The translations under genes were made by a program, and so were the position numbers. A DNA stretch of 33,590 bases from Bacteroidota bacterium. Its GTDB lineage: Bacteria; Bacteroidota; Bacteroidia; Chitinophagales; Chitinophagaceae. Where the stretch lies: assembly GCA_031418795.1 (NCBI GenBank), contig JANOJO010000167.1, positions 1 to 33,590 on the forward strand, in the 5' to 3' direction. The notes under the pieces are model-generated. The model was not told the DNA's origin. It was given only the letters and a program-made list of their open reading frames with translations, and searched no databases. Of the stretch, positions 32,234 to 33,590 are shown one piece after another; the first letter of the stretch is position 1; the number at the start of each line of letters is the position of its first letter.

Positions 32234-32464
32234 ATGAAAACATTTTTTAAAAATAATATTTTGCTGATAGCAGGCATTGCTATTGGTGCAGCCGCAGGTT
32301 TTTTTTACTGGCAACAAATTGGCTGCAACACAGGCACCTGTATGATCACTTCCAAATGGCATAACAGTACTGCTTATGGCGCCATGATGGGCGGGCTATT
32401 ATTCAGTATGTTTAAAAAATCATTGCTTCCCGGTGCAAAAGAGAAGGAAAAAGAAAATGAGTGA
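32234..32464 (+). CDS. Small two-TM membrane protein with a GCxTGTCxITS motif (DUF6132-like)
   Basis: 76 aa: LLIAGIAIGAAAGFFYWQQIGCNTGTCMITSKWHNSTAYGAMMGGLLFSMF. The family name is recalled from memory, not searched. Confidence 0.5.
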   Translation: MKTFFKNNILLIAGIAIGAAAGFFYWQQIGCNTGTCMITSKWHNSTAYGAMMGGLLFSMFKKSLLPGAKEKEKENE

Positions 32465-32918
32465 AAAGAAAAAATCAAGAAGTTACCTGGCTTCATCTCT
32501 TGGATGCTATTGTCCACGCTGCCGGCAAGGAAAACTTTTTATGACCCCTGTAAGTGTCAGCCTGAAAAAAAATATGGCAATGAATAAGAATTGCCTTGTG
32601 TGTGGCCAGCCATCAGAAAAAGAACCGGGTTTTTATTATGGCACCGGCTATGTAAGTTATGCCCTGGCTGTTGCCATCAGTGTATCAAGTTTTGTTGCCT
32701 GGTTTGTATTAATCGGCATGTCAGTAAAAGACAACCGCTTTTTTTTCTGGATAGGAACAAATGCAGTTTTATTAATATTTCTTCAACCCTGGTTGATGAG
32801 ACTATCCCGAAGTATATGGATATCCTGGTTTGTAAAATATGAACCAGATTGGAATAAGAAACCTTTAAACAAGGAAGATCTCGAGAGAATTATTCCTGAA
32901 CATCAAATGAGTAACTGA
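32457..32918 (+). CDS. DUF983-like membrane protein with an N-terminal CxxC...CxxC zinc-ribbon
   Basis: The ORF track starts at 32433. ATG 32457 ([10 protein letters not shown]) overlaps the upstream gene by 8 nt. [10 protein letters not shown]...CLVCGQ is followed by two hydrophobic helices, as in DUF983. Confidence 0.6.
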   Translation: MSEKKKSRSYLASSLGCYCPRCRQGKLFMTPVSVSLKKNMAMNKNCLVCGQPSEKEPGFYYGTGYVSYALAVAISVSSFVAWFVLIGMSVKDNRFFFWIGTNAVLLIFLQPWLMRLSRSIWISWFVKYEPDWNKKPLNKEDLERIIPEHQMSN

Positions 32919-32974
32919 CCGGCATTTCACTATTTTTGCCGCCCCCCATTGAATTTTGTTCAGAGGTGGATGAA

Positions 32975-33061
32975 GGAGACTTGTCCGAGTGGTTGAAGGA
33001 GCACGCCTGGAAAGTGTGTATACGGGAAACCGTATCGAGGGTTCGAATCCCTCAGTCTCCG
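32975..33061 (+). tRNA. tRNA-Ser (anticodon GGA), type II with a long variable arm
   Basis: Hand-folded 87-nt cloverleaf: GGAGACT TG TCC GAGTGGTTGAA GGA G CACGC CTGGAAA GTGTG TATACGGGAAACCGTATC GAGGG TTCGAAT CCCTC AGTCTCC G. Confidence 0.92.
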
Positions 33062-33075
33062 CAAATGAGCACTGC

Positions 33076-33100
33076 AATTGCCCCGCCAGGGGGCAATTTT
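33076..33100 (+). terminator. Rho-independent terminator of tRNA-Ser
   Basis: AATTGCCCC-GCCAG-GGGGCAATT (9-bp stem) followed by TT-AC-TTTT. Confidence 0.7.
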
Positions 33101-33219
33101 ACTTTTGAGCCGTTGCAAGCTTGCCTGCATAAGTGCGAAAAAAGAAAAATTGACAGGCGCGAAGCGCCGGGGCAATGAAGTGCGAAATTTAAGCCCCCCA
33201 TCCGGGATCACCGCAGGTA

Positions 33220-33236
33220 ATCTCTCAGTCTCCGCT
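33220..33236 (+). repeat. Direct repeat of the tRNA-Ser 3' end (att-like)
   Basis: AATCTCTCAGTCTCCGC compares with AATCCCTCAGTCTCCGC at 33046-33062 (T-loop/acceptor 3' end plus 1 nt). This is 16/17 identity, 174 nt apart, in the same orientation. Confidence 0.6.
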
Positions 33237-33240
33237 CTCA

Positions 33241-33273
33241 CCCTCCAAGGTCCTGGAAAGGCGAAGGAGGGTT
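33241..33273 (+). repeat. GC-rich hairpin ACCCTCC-N19-GGAGGGT
   Basis: A 7-bp stem of the same CCCTYC/GRAGGG style as the hairpin at 13252-13273. Confidence 0.45.
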
Positions 33274-33471
33274 TACTCTTGAATGGGCGAGGAATGGTTT
33301 AAGTTAAGGAGTAACTTATAACAACAATTCGATTCAATTTTCAAACAATTTCTTTTTTTTCAATAATAATTCTGGAGCTTTAGGGTAGTTAAATATCTTG
33401 CCAAACTAAACAGAAAAGTATTATAATTTTTCTACCAGAATGCCGGATTAACTTTTATTAAAATCAAAATC

Positions 33472-33590
33472 ATGAAAAAATTAATTTCTTTTACAGTGGT
33501 AACTCTTTTTTTGTCAATTTCAAAGGCCCAGGATTTTCAAATCAGCCTTCAAAATATCCCTATAGCCACTCAAACCCAGATCGATAAATG
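33472..33590 (+). CDS. Secreted protein, N-terminal fragment (runs off the window)
   Basis: ATG at 33472 gives MKKLISFTVVTLFLSISKAQDFQISLQNIPIATQTQIDK..., a typical signal peptide. It is open to the window end. Confidence 0.5.
   Translation, partial: MKKLISFTVVTLFLSISKAQDFQISLQNIPIATQTQIDK

Noticed and set aside
33199-33209. An 11-nt identity, CATCCGGGATC, shared between the tRNA-Leu 5' flank (22222-22232) and the segment downstream of tRNA-Ser.
   Set aside because: Exact 11-mer matches between arbitrary positions are expected many times by chance in a 33.6-kb window (on the order of 100 pairs). There is no extended similarity around it.

Overview
AT-rich chromosomal segment that looks like Bacteroidota, probably Chitinophagales/Sphingobacteriales-like. 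Supporting signs are a T9SS type-B C-terminal sorting domain, SprB-type repeats, no Shine-Dalgarno sequences, TAnnTTTG -7 motifs and a bacterial GGGP-synthase homolog. Most of the window is housekeeping: dxs, class II B12-dependent ribonucleotide reductase nrdJ, the tig / clpP / clpP-paralog / clpX block, a bifunctional Rel/SpoT enzyme, purA, pabB, tRNA-Leu(UAG) and tRNA-Ser(GGA). It also holds a LytS/LytTR two-component pair, an M28 peptidase, oxidoreductases and a 1146-aa T9SS-secreted repeat adhesin. I saw no CRISPR array, transposase, integrase or rRNA. The non-core content sits in small islands. (1) An opposite-strand two-gene insert splits tig from clpP: a RelE/ParE-fold toxin-like gene coupled to a helical partner I cannot classify. 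(2) A slot downstream of nrdJ has two different cargos (a GNAT-like gene plus a coupled mini-ORF, and an SDR), each bracketed by diverged copies of the same two flank sequences. (3) A DUF4160/DUF2442 pair lies beside dxs. (4) A 17-nt duplication of the tRNA-Ser 3' end encloses a GC-rich 157-nt scar. Non-coding observations include tandem AGTTTAAN octamer arrays against the start codons of clpP and tig, two tandem DnaA boxes in the nrdJ promoter region, and mutually exclusive hairpins ahead of purA. All functional calls come from reading the translated ORFs and recalling family motifs by eye. No database search was run, so every family assignment needs HMM or structure confirmation.
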